Shown here one piece after another: positions 1 to 12,137 of a stretch of DNA of 64,000 bases (its first letter is position 1; every line of letters starts with the position of its first letter). Location of the stretch: assembly GCA_028534125.1 (NCBI GenBank), contig CM052817.1:26290001-26354000 (forward strand), given 5' to 3'. The stretch is from Lama glama (taxonomy: Eukaryota). Below the pieces are notes generated by a model. The model was not told the DNA's origin. It searched no databases and worked only from the letters and a program-made list of their open reading frames with translations. The translations under genes and the position numbers were made by a program.

Positions 1-635
1 CTATCTGTCTGTTATTTATGGCTGAATTTGTAGTTGATACTATTCCTCAGCAACTGCTATAACTGCTAAGAACTGTTGTTCTTAGTACTACTTCTTTAGC
101 AACCCACGCTTTTAACTGCATTCACTTGGAGGAAATCACACAAAAAGTAATAACTAAACATAAACCATCATTTCAGACCTAAGTTTAGCACAGCAATATG
201 GAAACATCGCTTTCATAGGAAATACGATATTCTTTTAGTTCAATGAATCCAGCTAAGTTATATAAGACAGTTACTTTTGAAAATGCTAACTATAAGAAAT
301 AAATGCAGGTGATCAATCATTATTCTTTTGAAACTCATCATGTAAGTGAAAAGATAAACTAAAACTTTAATTTAGCAGTCCTTTTTGTAAAAGTAAGCTA
401 AAAGACAAACCCATACCTAAGATCTGAAAAGCCATAGAATCCAAATACATTCATTTGTAAAGATTATTAAAAGATATGCAGAAAACATACAAATTATTAG
501 CTCTTTAACACTGTATTAACTTGACTTTCACACAGAAAAACGTTAAATACAATAGACTGTAATTTCTATTGTATTTTGCTAACAATGTAATTAAGCACAG
601 TAAATTACAAAAGAATAAAATTACTCAGATTTTAC

Positions 636-781
636 CCGTTTGTCCAGTGTTCTTTCCCTTACAAAGCCAAGTAGCTGATCATTTACTAAGGCAAGGTCTC
701 TTTTGGCAGCTGTTATTATAGTAACAATGACATCATGACGAATAGCTTCTTCTGGATCATGTGATCTAACTTTCAAATATT
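636..781 (-). CDS. PDS5A: PDS5A coding exon 11 (146 nt; [49 protein letters not shown])
   Basis: Minus-strand translation matches PDS5A. Acceptor ..tatag| (ct at 782-783), donor |gtaaaa (ac at 634-635). Phase fits exon 10. The gene continues beyond the left edge. Confidence 0.96.
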
Positions 782-1039
782 CTATAATGAAAGAAAAAAA
801 TTAAGCTAAATGTTGGCTATAATATTTGTTATGTACAGAATGACCAAAGAAACCCAAAACAAACTAATGCTTTTAATCTTATGTCCATACTGAAACAACT
901 GTGAAATGAGGCATAAATGAAGATTATTTTAAAGGTGGAAATACACTATCTAATCACAAAATAAACTAAATAAATCATATCACACTGTTTGTTTATTGCT
1001 TCAAAGTCACATCTTTTTTTTTCATTTGTCTCAAAGTTA

Positions 1040-1277
1040 TTTTTTTCTAATTGAGTTATAATTAGTTTACAATTTCTGGTGTACAGCACAATTTTTCAGT
1101 CATACATGAATATACATATATTCACTTTCATATTCTTTTTCACCATGAGCTACTACAAGATCTTATATATATTTCCCTGTGCTATACAGTATAAACTTGT
1201 TTATCTACTCTATATATACCTGTCAGTATCTACAAATCTCAAATTCCCAGTCTGGCCCTTCCAACCCCCCTTCCCCC
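1040..1277 (-). mobile_element. Short 3'-UTR fragment of the lineage-specific L1 family
   Basis: Shares agcacaattttttcag...gagctac.acaagatcttatatatatttccctgtgctatacagtataa with the copy at 27.2-28.0 kb and, inverted, those at 37 and 52 kb. Confidence 0.8.
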
Positions 1278-1946
1278 AACATCTTAATAAATATTTTATA
1301 TCAACTATTCTGGAAAAACCAAATCACAACAAAGTTACTGATTAAGTTTAGAATTTACGTTAACAATACAAACTAAAAGATTTAAAAGAAAAATAGTAAA
1401 AATGCCTTTAGCAAATTTGCTAATAAGTATGTATCTGTATATGGCACAAAATAGTAACATTCTATGACCTCTAAAGAAAATCCCTAAATAATTACAACAA
1501 AATAAAAAAAAGTTATTTCCTCTTTTTTGGTAAAGAGCATTTTGATACTGACTGTTTGTTACTACCAAATAAGTAGGTTCAAATGCTCTGTGTTCACATG
1601 AAGAACAAGAAATTCCAGTCTAGTTCAGAAGACAATCACTTTCCTATTTACTATTAGGTTTGTTACTATATTGAATTATTACACAGATATAATGATTTGT
1701 GCCAAAATCCAATGTCATAAGAAGAGCCTACTTCCTCAAATTATGATTTCCAAAAAACTCCAAAGGATTAAAATATGAAAATTTCAAATGTAATTTTATA
1801 GTATAAACATGAAATCATTTACTAGTCTATGACAGATATAGACTTGAAATAGTGCCAGAGTTAAATCTATTCAGAAACGGAAGTCAAAGGTCACATCTGA
1901 AATATATTTGTGAGTACTCTTATTTGTAATGAACCAGGTCACTTAC

Positions 1947-2041
1947 CTGTGAGGTCTTTTGCTAAATCTGGGTGATTCATTAAACAGTGACTGGCAAATT
2001 TCACACTTTCTAATCTGACAGGAACATGAATGTCATTAAAC
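1947..2041 (-). CDS. PDS5A: PDS5A coding exon 10 (95 nt; [31 protein letters not shown])
   Basis: Translation matches PDS5A. Acceptor gtgtag|, donor |gtaagt. Confidence 0.96.
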
Positions 2042-2674
2042 CTACACAGAAAAAAATTGCTAAATATTAGTTTTAAGACAAAAAAATTATTTTCAAAAAA
2101 GATATATCTAATACTATGTAAATGCCTATAAACAGTTACTGATTAGAAAATGTGTTATTACGACAGTTAATATGTTCTGAAGGAAGGAAGAATATAAAGT
2201 AATAAAGATACATAATTTCACAAAAATATTTTAAAATTTTCACCATGCTAAAACAAAAAACAGTAAAAACACATCCCCCAGTCCAAACTACCTACTTTGC
2301 AGAGACAAAAACTGAAGAGCTTAAAATTATGCTACAAAACAAACAAAAAATAAATACTCAAAATACAAAATCTTCTTGAAAAGGAAGTTTATAGGAGAAA
2401 AATACTAGGGGAATGTGAGGTAGAAAGCAAATCATATATAGAGGCAGATCTAGAAATTCAAAGATGAGGTCATACATAAAATACATGTGCCATATTGCCT
2501 TACAGCTTCCATATGGATGGGACCAACTTGTAACTGCACTTTTAAAGGTCTAGTATATTATAAGAATTCAATAAATATGAAATTCAGTATGTAGATTCAA
2601 AACCTGAGCAACTCTCAAATTTTGTTTATTACTGGCTAACTTAAAAACATTTATTAACTATAAATAACATGATT

Positions 2675-5600
2675 TTACTTATTTATTTTTTACCTTTTAA
2701 TCTCCCTCACCTATTTCTTTCTTCCCCCTACCCTACTCCCCTCTGGCAACCATCTGTTTGTTCTATCTATAACTCTGCTTCTGTATATTTGTTTATTTGT
2801 TTGTTTTTAAGATTCCACATATAGGCAAAATTATACAGTATTTGTCCTTCTCTGTCTGACTTAATGCAGTGAGCATAGTCACCCTTTAGGTCCAACCATG
2901 TTGTTGCAAATGGCAAGATTTCATTCTTTATCTTTTATGAATGAGTAATATTCCATTGTATACATATATACCTCATCGACTTTATCCATTTATCTATTGA
3001 TGGCTACCTGGGTTGCTTCCATAGCTTGGCTACTGTAAATAATGCCACAACGAACATAGGATGCATATCTTTTCTGATTTATGTTTTTGTTTTCTTCAGA
3101 TAAATAACCAGGAATGGAATTGCTGGATCATGTAACAGTTCAATTTTTAATTTTTTGAGGAACATCCACACTGTTTTCAATAGTGGCTGTACCAATTTAC
3201 AACCCCACCAACAGTACATGAAGGTTCCCTTTTCTCCACATCCTCACCAACACTTGCTATTTTTCAATTGAAATATCATCAGTTTACAATGTTGTGTCAA
3301 TTTCTGGTGTACAGCATAATGTTTCAATCATACTTACACATACAAATATTTGTTTTCATATTTCTTCATTATAGGTTACTACAAGATATTGAATATAGTT
3401 CCCTGTGCTATACAGAAAACACTTGTTATATGTTTACTTTATATAGAGTAGTATTTGCAAACCTTGAACTCCCAGTTTATCACTTCCCACTCCCTTTCCC
3501 TTCTGGTAACCATAAATTTGTTTTTGATGTCTGTGACTCTGTTTCTGTCTTATAAATGTCTTTTTTTTTTTTAAGATTCCACATATGAGTGATATCATAC
3601 AGTATTTTTTCTTTTCCTTTCTAGCTTACTTCAATTAGAATGATGAGCTCCAGGTCATTCACATTGCTGCAAATGGCAGTATTTTATTATTTTTTTATGG
3701 CCGAGTAGTATTCTCCTATATATGCCAAAACTTTATCCAGTCATCTGTCAATGGACATTTAGGTTGTTTCCATGTCTTGGCTATTGTAAATAGTGCTGCT
3801 ATGAACACTGGGGTGCATGTATCTTTTCAAATTACAGTTTTCTCTGTTCTCTGTATATATGCCCAGGAGTGGGAATGCTGGATTATATAAGTCTATTTTT
3901 AGTTTTTTGAGGGATCCCCATACTGTTTTCCATAATGGCTACACCAAATGTCTTTTTGATAATAGCCATTCTGACAGGTATGACATGATTTCGCTGGCAT
4001 TCTGATTTGTATCTCCCGGGTGATTAGTGATGTTGACCATTTTTTCCTGTCTTTTGGCATCTGTATGTCTTCTTTGGAAAAGTATGTATTCAGATCCTCT
4101 GCCCAATTTTTAATTAGGTTATTTGCTTTTTGATGTTAAGTTGTATGAGTTCTTTGTACATTAACCCCCTTATCACATATATCATTTGAAAATATCTTCT
4201 CCCATTCAGCAGGTGGCCTTCATTTTATTAGTTTCCTTCACTGTGCAAAACTTTTTTAGTTTGATGTAGTCCCAGCTGTTTATTTTTGCTTTTGTTTTCC
4301 TTGCCTGAGGAGACATATCAAAAAAAACAACAACAAAAACAACAACAAAACAAAAAAAAACCCTACTAAAACCAATGTTAAAGTGTACTGTTTTTTTCTA
4401 AAAGTTTTATGGTTTCAGGTCTTAAAAGTCTTTAATTCATTTTGTATTTATTTTTGTGCATAGTGTGAGAGTAGTCTAGTGTGATTCTTTTCAGTGTAGC
4501 TGTCCTGTTTTTCCAACACCATTCACTGGAGACTGTCTTTTCCCTATTGCGTATTCCTGCCTCCTTTGTTGCAGATTAACTGTCCATATAAGTGCGGGTT
4601 CATCTCTATGGTCTTTATTCTATTCCATTGATCTATGTGGCTATTTTTCTGCCAGTATCATCCTGTTTTGATGACCATATCTTTGTAGCATAGCGTGAAA
4701 GCTGGGAGTTTTGTTCTCTCTCAAGATTGTTTTGACTATTTGAGGGTCCTTTGTGTTTCCATACAAATTTTAGAATTATTTGTTCTAGCTCTGTGAAAAA
4801 CACCGTTTGTATTTTTCACAAGGACTGCACTGAATCTGTAGATTGCCTTGGGTACTATGGTCATTTTAACAATATTAATTCTTTCAATCCATGAACACAG
4901 CATTATCCTTCCACCTGTTTGTATATCTTCAACTTGATTCACCAGTGTCTTACAGTTTTTGAGTACAGGTCTTTTACCTCCTCAGGTAAATATATCCCCA
5001 GGTATTTTATTCTTTTTGATGTGATTCAAAATGGGATTGTTTTCTTAATTTTTCTTTCTGTTATTTCATTGTTAGTATACAGAAATGCAACTTGATTTCT
5101 GTTTATTAATTTTGTATCCTACAACTTTACTGATTCATTGATGAGCTCTAGTAGTTTTCTGGTAGCCTCTTTAGGATTTTCTATGTATGGTATCATATCA
5201 TCCATAGTTTTATTTCTTTTCCAATTTGGATTCCTTTTATTTCTTTCTCTTCTCTGACTACTGTGGGTAGGACTTCCAAAACTATGCTGAATAAAAAGGG
5301 CAAGAGTGGGCATCCCTGTCTTGTTCCTCATCTTAGAGGAAATGCTTTCAGCTTTTCACCATTAAGTATGCTAGCTGTGGGCTTATTATAAATGGTATTT
5401 ATTATGTTGAGGTATGGTCCCTCTGTACCCACTTTGTGGAGAGGTTTATTTTTAATCATAAATGAATGTTGAATTTTGTCAAAAGGTTTTTCTGTATCTA
5501 TTGAGATGATCATATGATTTTTATTCTTCAGTTTGTTAATGTGATTTGTGGATACTGAACCATCCCTGCATCCCTAGGATAAATCCTACCTTGATCATGG

Positions 5601-6015
5601 TGTATGATCCTTTTTAACGTACTGGTGAATTTGGTTTGCTAGTATTTTGTTGAGAATTTTTGCATTTATGTTCATCAGTGATATTGGCCTTTAATTTTTC
5701 TTTTTTGGTGGTATCTTTGGCTGGTTTTGGTATCAGAGTGACGATGGCCTTTCAGAATTAGTTTGGAAGCACTCCTTCCTCTGCAATTTTTTGGAACAGT
5801 TTGAGAAGGACAGGTATTAACTCTTCTCTAAATGTTTGGCAGAATTCACCCATGAAGCCATCTGGTCCTGGACTCTTGTTTTTTGGGAGTTGTTTTATTA
5901 CTGATTCAATTTCAGCACTGGTAATCGGTCTATTCATATTTCCTATTTGTTCCTGGTTCACTCTTGGGAGACTGTACATTTCTAGGGATTTGTCCATTAC
6001 TTCCAGTTGTCCACT
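2675..6015 (-). mobile_element. 5'-truncated, decayed L1 (ORF2 3' two-thirds plus 3'UTR), interrupted at ~3266-3947 by a second L1 3' fragment
   Basis: ORF fragments 5758..5997 (NRPIT..KSPGPDGF), 5328..5513 (IISID.EK.FDKIQH, RT) and 4736..4942 (CSWI.RINIVKM...PKAIYRF). The host resumes after the nested insert at tgtctttttgataatagcc. Confidence 0.92.
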
Positions 6016-6728
6016 AAATTGGTATATAAATGAACATTTATAATGTGATTTTAAATAGCAAAAAATATTTCTATTTTTGAAGTGATCTCATAAAATAATC
6101 AATTAAACTAATGTTATTTAATAAATGTATTCATCTATATGGCAGTCTACTTTCTTATCCAGAGATAACTGTCAAATTTTAATAAAATTTCATTTATAAT
6201 TTTCTAACTGCCAGAAAAAAATGAGAACATTACTATTCATGATCAAGTAAATTGCAAAGTATCAAAATACTTATTGCTAAATAATTAAGGAAAATAATAC
6301 AGTATAACAGATACACTGGTAATATTTCCTTGTTTCTATGAATGAGAGACCCAGTATTAGGATAGCAGTGAATATAAAATTATGAATGTACGAAACCTCT
6401 TATGATTGATTTTGTTGTTATAAATAACCTAGATGAAAAATGAACTCTTGCATTTTGGCTTAAATGTTTTTCTATAAACATTGATGTCAATCACTAGGGC
6501 AGAATCATTTGTCTATAACTGACAAATACAGTTGTTTCATTCCTTCTATTCTAAATTCTTATAAATTCAAGTTTAATTATTCAAATAATCAGTATATATA
6601 CCTATTAACATCTTCAAAATAGCCTGTTTTGAGCAAGTAACTTAAAACAGCATAATGTCAATGTCAAGGATTTCTCAGATTTGTTATATTTTAATATTTA
6701 ACCCAGGTTATTGTAAGAATTATTATAG

Positions 6729-6878
6729 AGGGGAGGGTATAGCTCAGTGGTAGAGTGCTTGCTTAGCATCCACAAGGTCCTGGGTTCAATCCCCAGTACC
6801 TCCTCTAAAAATAAATAAATAAGTAACCTAATTACCTTCCCCCACAAAAAATAAAAAATAAAATTAAAAATTAAAAAA
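6729..6878 (+). mobile_element. tRNA-Ala-derived SINE (vic-1-like, camelid)
   Basis: Head with A/B boxes (tagctcagtggtagag...gggttcaatcccc), aacctaattacc core and A tail. TSD aagaattattatag at 6715-6728 and 6879-6892. Confidence 0.88.
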
Positions 6879-7160
6879 AAGAATTATTATAGTGAATTTT
6901 CCTTAAGAAAAATTTTGAGCCTACCTTCTGAATGAGTTCAATTACACAATGATGAATCTGAAATGTCCAGAATACTAATAGTAAAAACTGACTTTTCAAT
7001 GAATGTCTGAAGTAAAGAAACACGTTAATGGAATTCAAGGGGGTAATTTAGTAAGTTTCATAGATTTTTTTCAACCTTACCATCAAGTTGAATAGAACAT
7101 AGTAATTCTAAGTGCTTGAGAAGGAACATTAAAAATGTTGATTGAGAACAACCATATTTT

Positions 7161-7403
7161 GGATGTGAGGGTGATCTGGCTGTGACATCTATCACCCTTA
7201 CTGATCTCCAGAGTCGATTCAGCTGACCTAGCTGGCTAGGCGGGTGTCCCCTTCCTCCCTCACCACTCCATGTGCGTCCCTCCCAAAGCTGTGCGCTTGG
7301 TCAAAAAGAACAACCATCCCCAGTAGAGGAGGACCGTTCTTCTCAGTCAAGGGTATATGAGGAGCTGCGCTCCCCTGCTAGAACCTCCAAACAAGCTCTC
7401 AAG
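7161..7403 (+). pseudogene. 7SK RNA retropseudogene, 3'-truncated at about nt 240, tailless
   Basis: Begins GGATGTGAGGG.GATCTGGCTG, contains GGCTAGGCGGGTGTCCCCTTCCTCCCTCACC and ends CTAGAACCTCCAAACAAGCTCTCAAG. Many CpG-decay substitutions. Flanked by agaacaa(cca)tatttt / agaacaatatttt. Confidence 0.93.
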
Positions 7404-7860
7404 AACAATATTTTCCATTTCAAAATCATACAATAATATCAAGTTAGTTCCAAACACACATCATGCTATTAGATAAGCTAAACATCTAAAGGATAAGCAC
7501 TACTAAACGAATAAATTGCTGGACTGAATTATGGCATGGACTGGACCATGATGTCTTCAGTCTCATGATTTAAAAATCTTAAGACTGAAAATTCTCAAAT
7601 GTTGCCTATCTCTTTATTCTAATGACATTATTTTAGCACACGCAAAAAAAGATTAAAATGTGTTATGTGGGTAAATAATAATAATCTTTCTTCACAGAAA
7701 CTGTCCTACAATTTATTCTTCAAGAAACACAGCAACACGGATACAAAAGAAACAAACATATCAATTAAAGTTTTGATATGTACAGTTTTAATCAAGTGTG
7801 CCATACTGACTGGCCTCCAGCATTAAATGTTAGAATCCACATAATTGTATATTCTCTTAC

Positions 7861-7976
7861 CGTCCAAGAAAACATTGCCACAGAGGACGATTCTGTGTTG
7901 CCAAATCAGAATCTTTAGAACCAAACAATTTAGCTAGGAGTCGAACAACAGCTAATCGCTCTTCTCCATCATTACT
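7861..7976 (-). CDS. PDS5A: PDS5A coding exon 9 (116 nt; [38 protein letters not shown])
   Basis: Translation matches PDS5A. Acceptor ttcccttag|, donor |gtaaga. Confidence 0.96.
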
Positions 7977-8485
7977 CTAAGGGAAAAGACAAAATAAATA
8001 AAGCCTGAGGTTTATTCACCAGATTACAGAAAATAACAAAACATTTCTGGAGAAGCTACAATTTCACATTTCTTATAATGACAGTAACTTTAAAATACTA
8101 TGTGCTCTCATTTAACATGCTTTAAGTTGATTTGATTCCATGTTAGATCATCTGGTTCTTTGCTCTTATTTCACACCCTCCCAACTGTTAATTTATGTCT
8201 ACTTCATTGTTTGTTTGCAACCTATACAGACATTTTAGAAATATGAAGATCATCAATCAATGCTAACACTCCCTAAGAGTCCTGGAAAAAATTCTGTGAA
8301 AGGAAGAGCTGCAAATAATTCCTGCCCTAATAAAGAAAGCTTTCTACAATAAGAACTCTAACATAAACCTGTATCAATTAAGGTTTTGATATATGAGGTT
8401 TTAATCAAGGATCCCCTAGTGACTGGAGAACATGAGACTGAAGGAAGTCATGAATTTGCAAAACTCATTTTAATAGAAGAGCATG

Positions 8486-8628
8486 GGGGGGGGAGGGTAT
8501 AGCTCAAGTGGTAGAGCACATGCTTAGCGTGCACAGGGCCTGGGTTCAATTTCCACTACCTCCTCTAAAACATAAATAAACAAATAAGCCTAATTACCAC
8601 CCCCCAAATAAGCAAAAATAAATTTAAA
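8486..8628 (+). mobile_element. tRNA-derived SINE (vic-1-like)
   Basis: Same head, core and tail. TSD aagagcatg at 8477-8485 and 8629-8637. Confidence 0.85.
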
Positions 8629-11600
8629 AAGAGCATGAATCTCAGGAGGATCTAAAAAGTCAGGTGTACTAAACACTACAAAAGAGTAAAACCTTAATTT
8701 TTTTTGACAGAGGCCTCCTATTTTCTTATCCTGAATCAATACATGCTTGTGATATCATGTCTTAATATAAATCAAGTTATTCTAAAACCATATGGTGCAT
8801 GAAGCTTTTTAAAAATCACATATTCACCAGGAAAATAAAGGCAATAACTAAAAGCAATCGCTAAGTTTTTAACGTGTTCAAACACAATGTGTGTCTTAAG
8901 CAATACCAGAGCTGAATAAACAAATTATCATGGGGAAAGATAAATAAAAAAAGAAAAATAAATACTATGGGATAGAATCTTTTCTTTAAGACTGTCTTAA
9001 CTCTCAGGGATAGGGTAGGGGCTTTGTGGGTAAAATATGTATACTTGTTAAACAGTAGTAAAAATGAAAATTCTATTAAGTTTTAACACTTAAAACTACA
9101 AAAATGATTTTCTTTGACAAAGTTTTTCTCAAGTAACGTGACTACAATGCTGATTAGTGCTTTTTGGTAAGTCCAACTGACTAGCCAAATGATTTATTTT
9201 TTAAAAGAAAAATCAATCTATCACTTAAATGTCAAACACTAAAAAAAAGTGAAAATTTTACTTTACTTGAAAGTGACTACTTTAGTAGCTTAGTGATCAT
9301 TTCAAATGATGTAACATTTCATATCTATATAATCTAACTACTGAAATAGAACTAAATGAAAACTTAACCCTCTGCTTTTTAAATGTATTCCTTGAGTGAG
9401 GCTGGAATATTATTATAGTGATAGTAAATTTTTCTGATGCAAAAAATCATTCGGTGTCTCTGATGTACAGCTGAATTATTAATCTATCCTAAGGTGAAAA
9501 TTATCTCGTTAAGATATTACCTACCACAATGTTTGAATAGAAATATATATATATTTATCTTAATAATTAAAAGAATTAGAAATTCTGCATTAATAATTTA
9601 CCAGTGACTGTCTAACATAAATTCAAAGGCCGCCTAGTTTTTAGTTTCCTTCAACACTAACTGGAAAACATAACCAACTATGATATTGCTTCTAGTTATA
9701 AAGTAATTGACTCAGAACAATTCTCTGCAAAAATTGCAACCAATATAAGACAATTATGACTTTTTTAATGTTTCAACTTGGGCAATAAATGTAAATGTTT
9801 GTCTCTTTGTCCCTGCTTACCACAAAAAAAGTCTTAAATGTAAAATCTGGCAAACTTCCTGATAACCACAGCCAAGGCTGCTAAGTAGCACAAATCTTAG
9901 CACAAATCCAGACCCCTTAAACATATGAGAATAACACTCTGAACCTATGCAGTAGATAGTGAATACAACTGCATGCAGTGGCCCACTGTAAAGTAAAATC
10001 AAATTGTTATTTTGAAGCATTTTCTCAAACATTTTTATTGTCCTCAGAAGACTATAACCGAAGATTCCTAAATATGAAGGTTGTAGCTATGCAATTCGGA
10101 GATATAACTACAGAAAATTGTCACATCCATAAAAACTTCCTAGGCTATCTGCTTAGCACATATTGGTGACTCAAAAGCAGGCACCCAAGTAATATATAGA
10201 TAGTATCTAAACTATTCTGAATCTTTCGTCGCTTGTGATGAGAAAAGTAATACTGGTACTGGCTAGGGTTGCAAATAACACAGGTGATGGCACTTGCTGT
10301 TAAGATGTAAATATTCTATTATTTAGACGCAGTACTTAGTATAAAGTTAAAAAAAGGCATGAATTTTTCTAAGAACATAGAAAAACATAAAAATCAATGG
10401 CCATGGGTTATATACATTGTACTAAAAGAGATTACATAGTTAGAAAGAACATTAACTGACTATGGTGTTAATTGTTTTTAAAAAGGAATTAAGAAATCCA
10501 TGAAAAAAATCTTATTCATGTACCTTTAAAGTACACCTATGAAATCAAATCTTGTCAATGAAGAAGAGAAGGTGCAAGATATAGGAGTAATTGAAGACTA
10601 CGGTAAACTAAAAACCTCATAATCCATTTAAGAAGCTGCTAATAAACACTCAGCTCCTGTCATGTAGAAATAAGGGCCTAATGGTGACAAATTATTTGAT
10701 TTTTAAAAAAGAAAATACACATGTCTGGCCTTTTAAACAAAGTCTGATTTTAAAATTTATTCATTCAACGTTAGCAACTTTTTAAAAATTGAAAATTCTT
10801 TATATGAGATTTTAAAATAAAATTCATCATATAAAACTTATTTGGGGACTGGATTCAGCTCTTATCAACCTCTGCTGTAGGTAAATGAACCTATAGAAGA
10901 ATGGGGTATGAACAAACAATGTGGCTTAATTTCCTTCTATTTACATTAAGTCCACATACGGAAACCCAAAAGTCCAGTTGCTAATTCTTTCCAACCATCT
11001 ATGATGGAAGTCTTTTTTAGGATTAAAGAAGTTTGACTTTCATATTCAAACTCTATGAATAGACTTGGGAGAAAATATCTTAATGCCTTATATCTAGAAA
11101 TAATTGGTATGGAAATACCTTTAAACTGTTGTTGAAATAAACTCAACATTAAAAACAAAACAAACAAAACTTCATTCTCTATGTAACATTTTCCATACAA
11201 CAGAGTTTCTTAGAAGTCCACTAAAATGTCCTTTATACTATAATCAACAAATGCCTGACATGAAGACAAGAGGAACAATTTTTAATTGTCTATACCTGTT
11301 GTAAGAGTCTGAAAATCAGAGTTCTAATCTCAAATCCATTTTAACTGTGTAACTGGGCAAAATAGTTCATCCTAAATTTTTTATCTCAAAAATTATAACA
11401 TAGTCTGATTTAAGGATATTAAAAAAAAATCTTTCAAAAAGTCCTAAATATTAAGCAAATGTGTTATTTTCTGTGGTTCAACTGGGATAGAGGATCAAGT
11501 GTCAAGTTTTTCATATTTTTTGAGGAGTTATGAATTCCTTGTTTAGTTTGTTGTTTAAAAAAAAAGTACACTCCTAGTCATAAAAGTAAAGTCTGTCTTT

Positions 11601-11996
11601 GATCTATAGTATGAAAGGGTCATATAGTTGTAAGACCCTTTGAGCACTCAGTTTGAAATCTTTTGATGTTCTAAAACATTTATAGTAATAAATACCATTT
11701 AATAATAACATGTATTATAAGTTTCTGGGATAATATCATCTTTCTAATTTATTATTTGTCACTGTGTTTATCAGATATTTAACAATAAGGTAAGTTACAA
11801 TTTTGCAATGCAAATTCTCCTATCACTGAGATGAGAGACACCGTTTTATTTACATGATTCAAAAATGTACACCATAACTAAACATAAGCAGATAAAAATT
11901 GAACTCAGATTTTATCCTTTTATGTTAGAGAAAAACAATGTGATAAATATTTTTCTCTTAAATGTTAAAGAGCTTAAAAATTACAGTCAGTCTTAC

Positions 11997-12137
11997 CTTC
12001 AGTTTGAATTCAAGCTGCGGCATGACAGATAATAATAAATGAGGGTCTATAGCAAAAAGTTCCTGAATCAGATCAAATACATGTTCTGACAAATCACTTA
12101 CTGACGATCTTCCCAGCACCAGGACTTGATTGAAAAA
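11997..12137 (-). CDS. PDS5A: PDS5A coding exon 8 (141 nt; [47 protein letters not shown])
   Basis: Translation matches PDS5A. Acceptor ctgctgtag|, donor |gtaaga. Confidence 0.96.

Noticed and set aside
6730..6803. tRNA-Ala-like genes (also at 8.5, 20.1, 20.3, 43.7 and 61.5 kb)
   Set aside because: They are SINE heads: each has a shared non-tRNA core and A tail, most have TSDs, and the stems are degraded.
7161..7403. Functional 7SK gene
   Set aside because: It lacks the 3' ~90 nt and T-run terminator, shows CpG decay and is flanked by TSD-like repeats.
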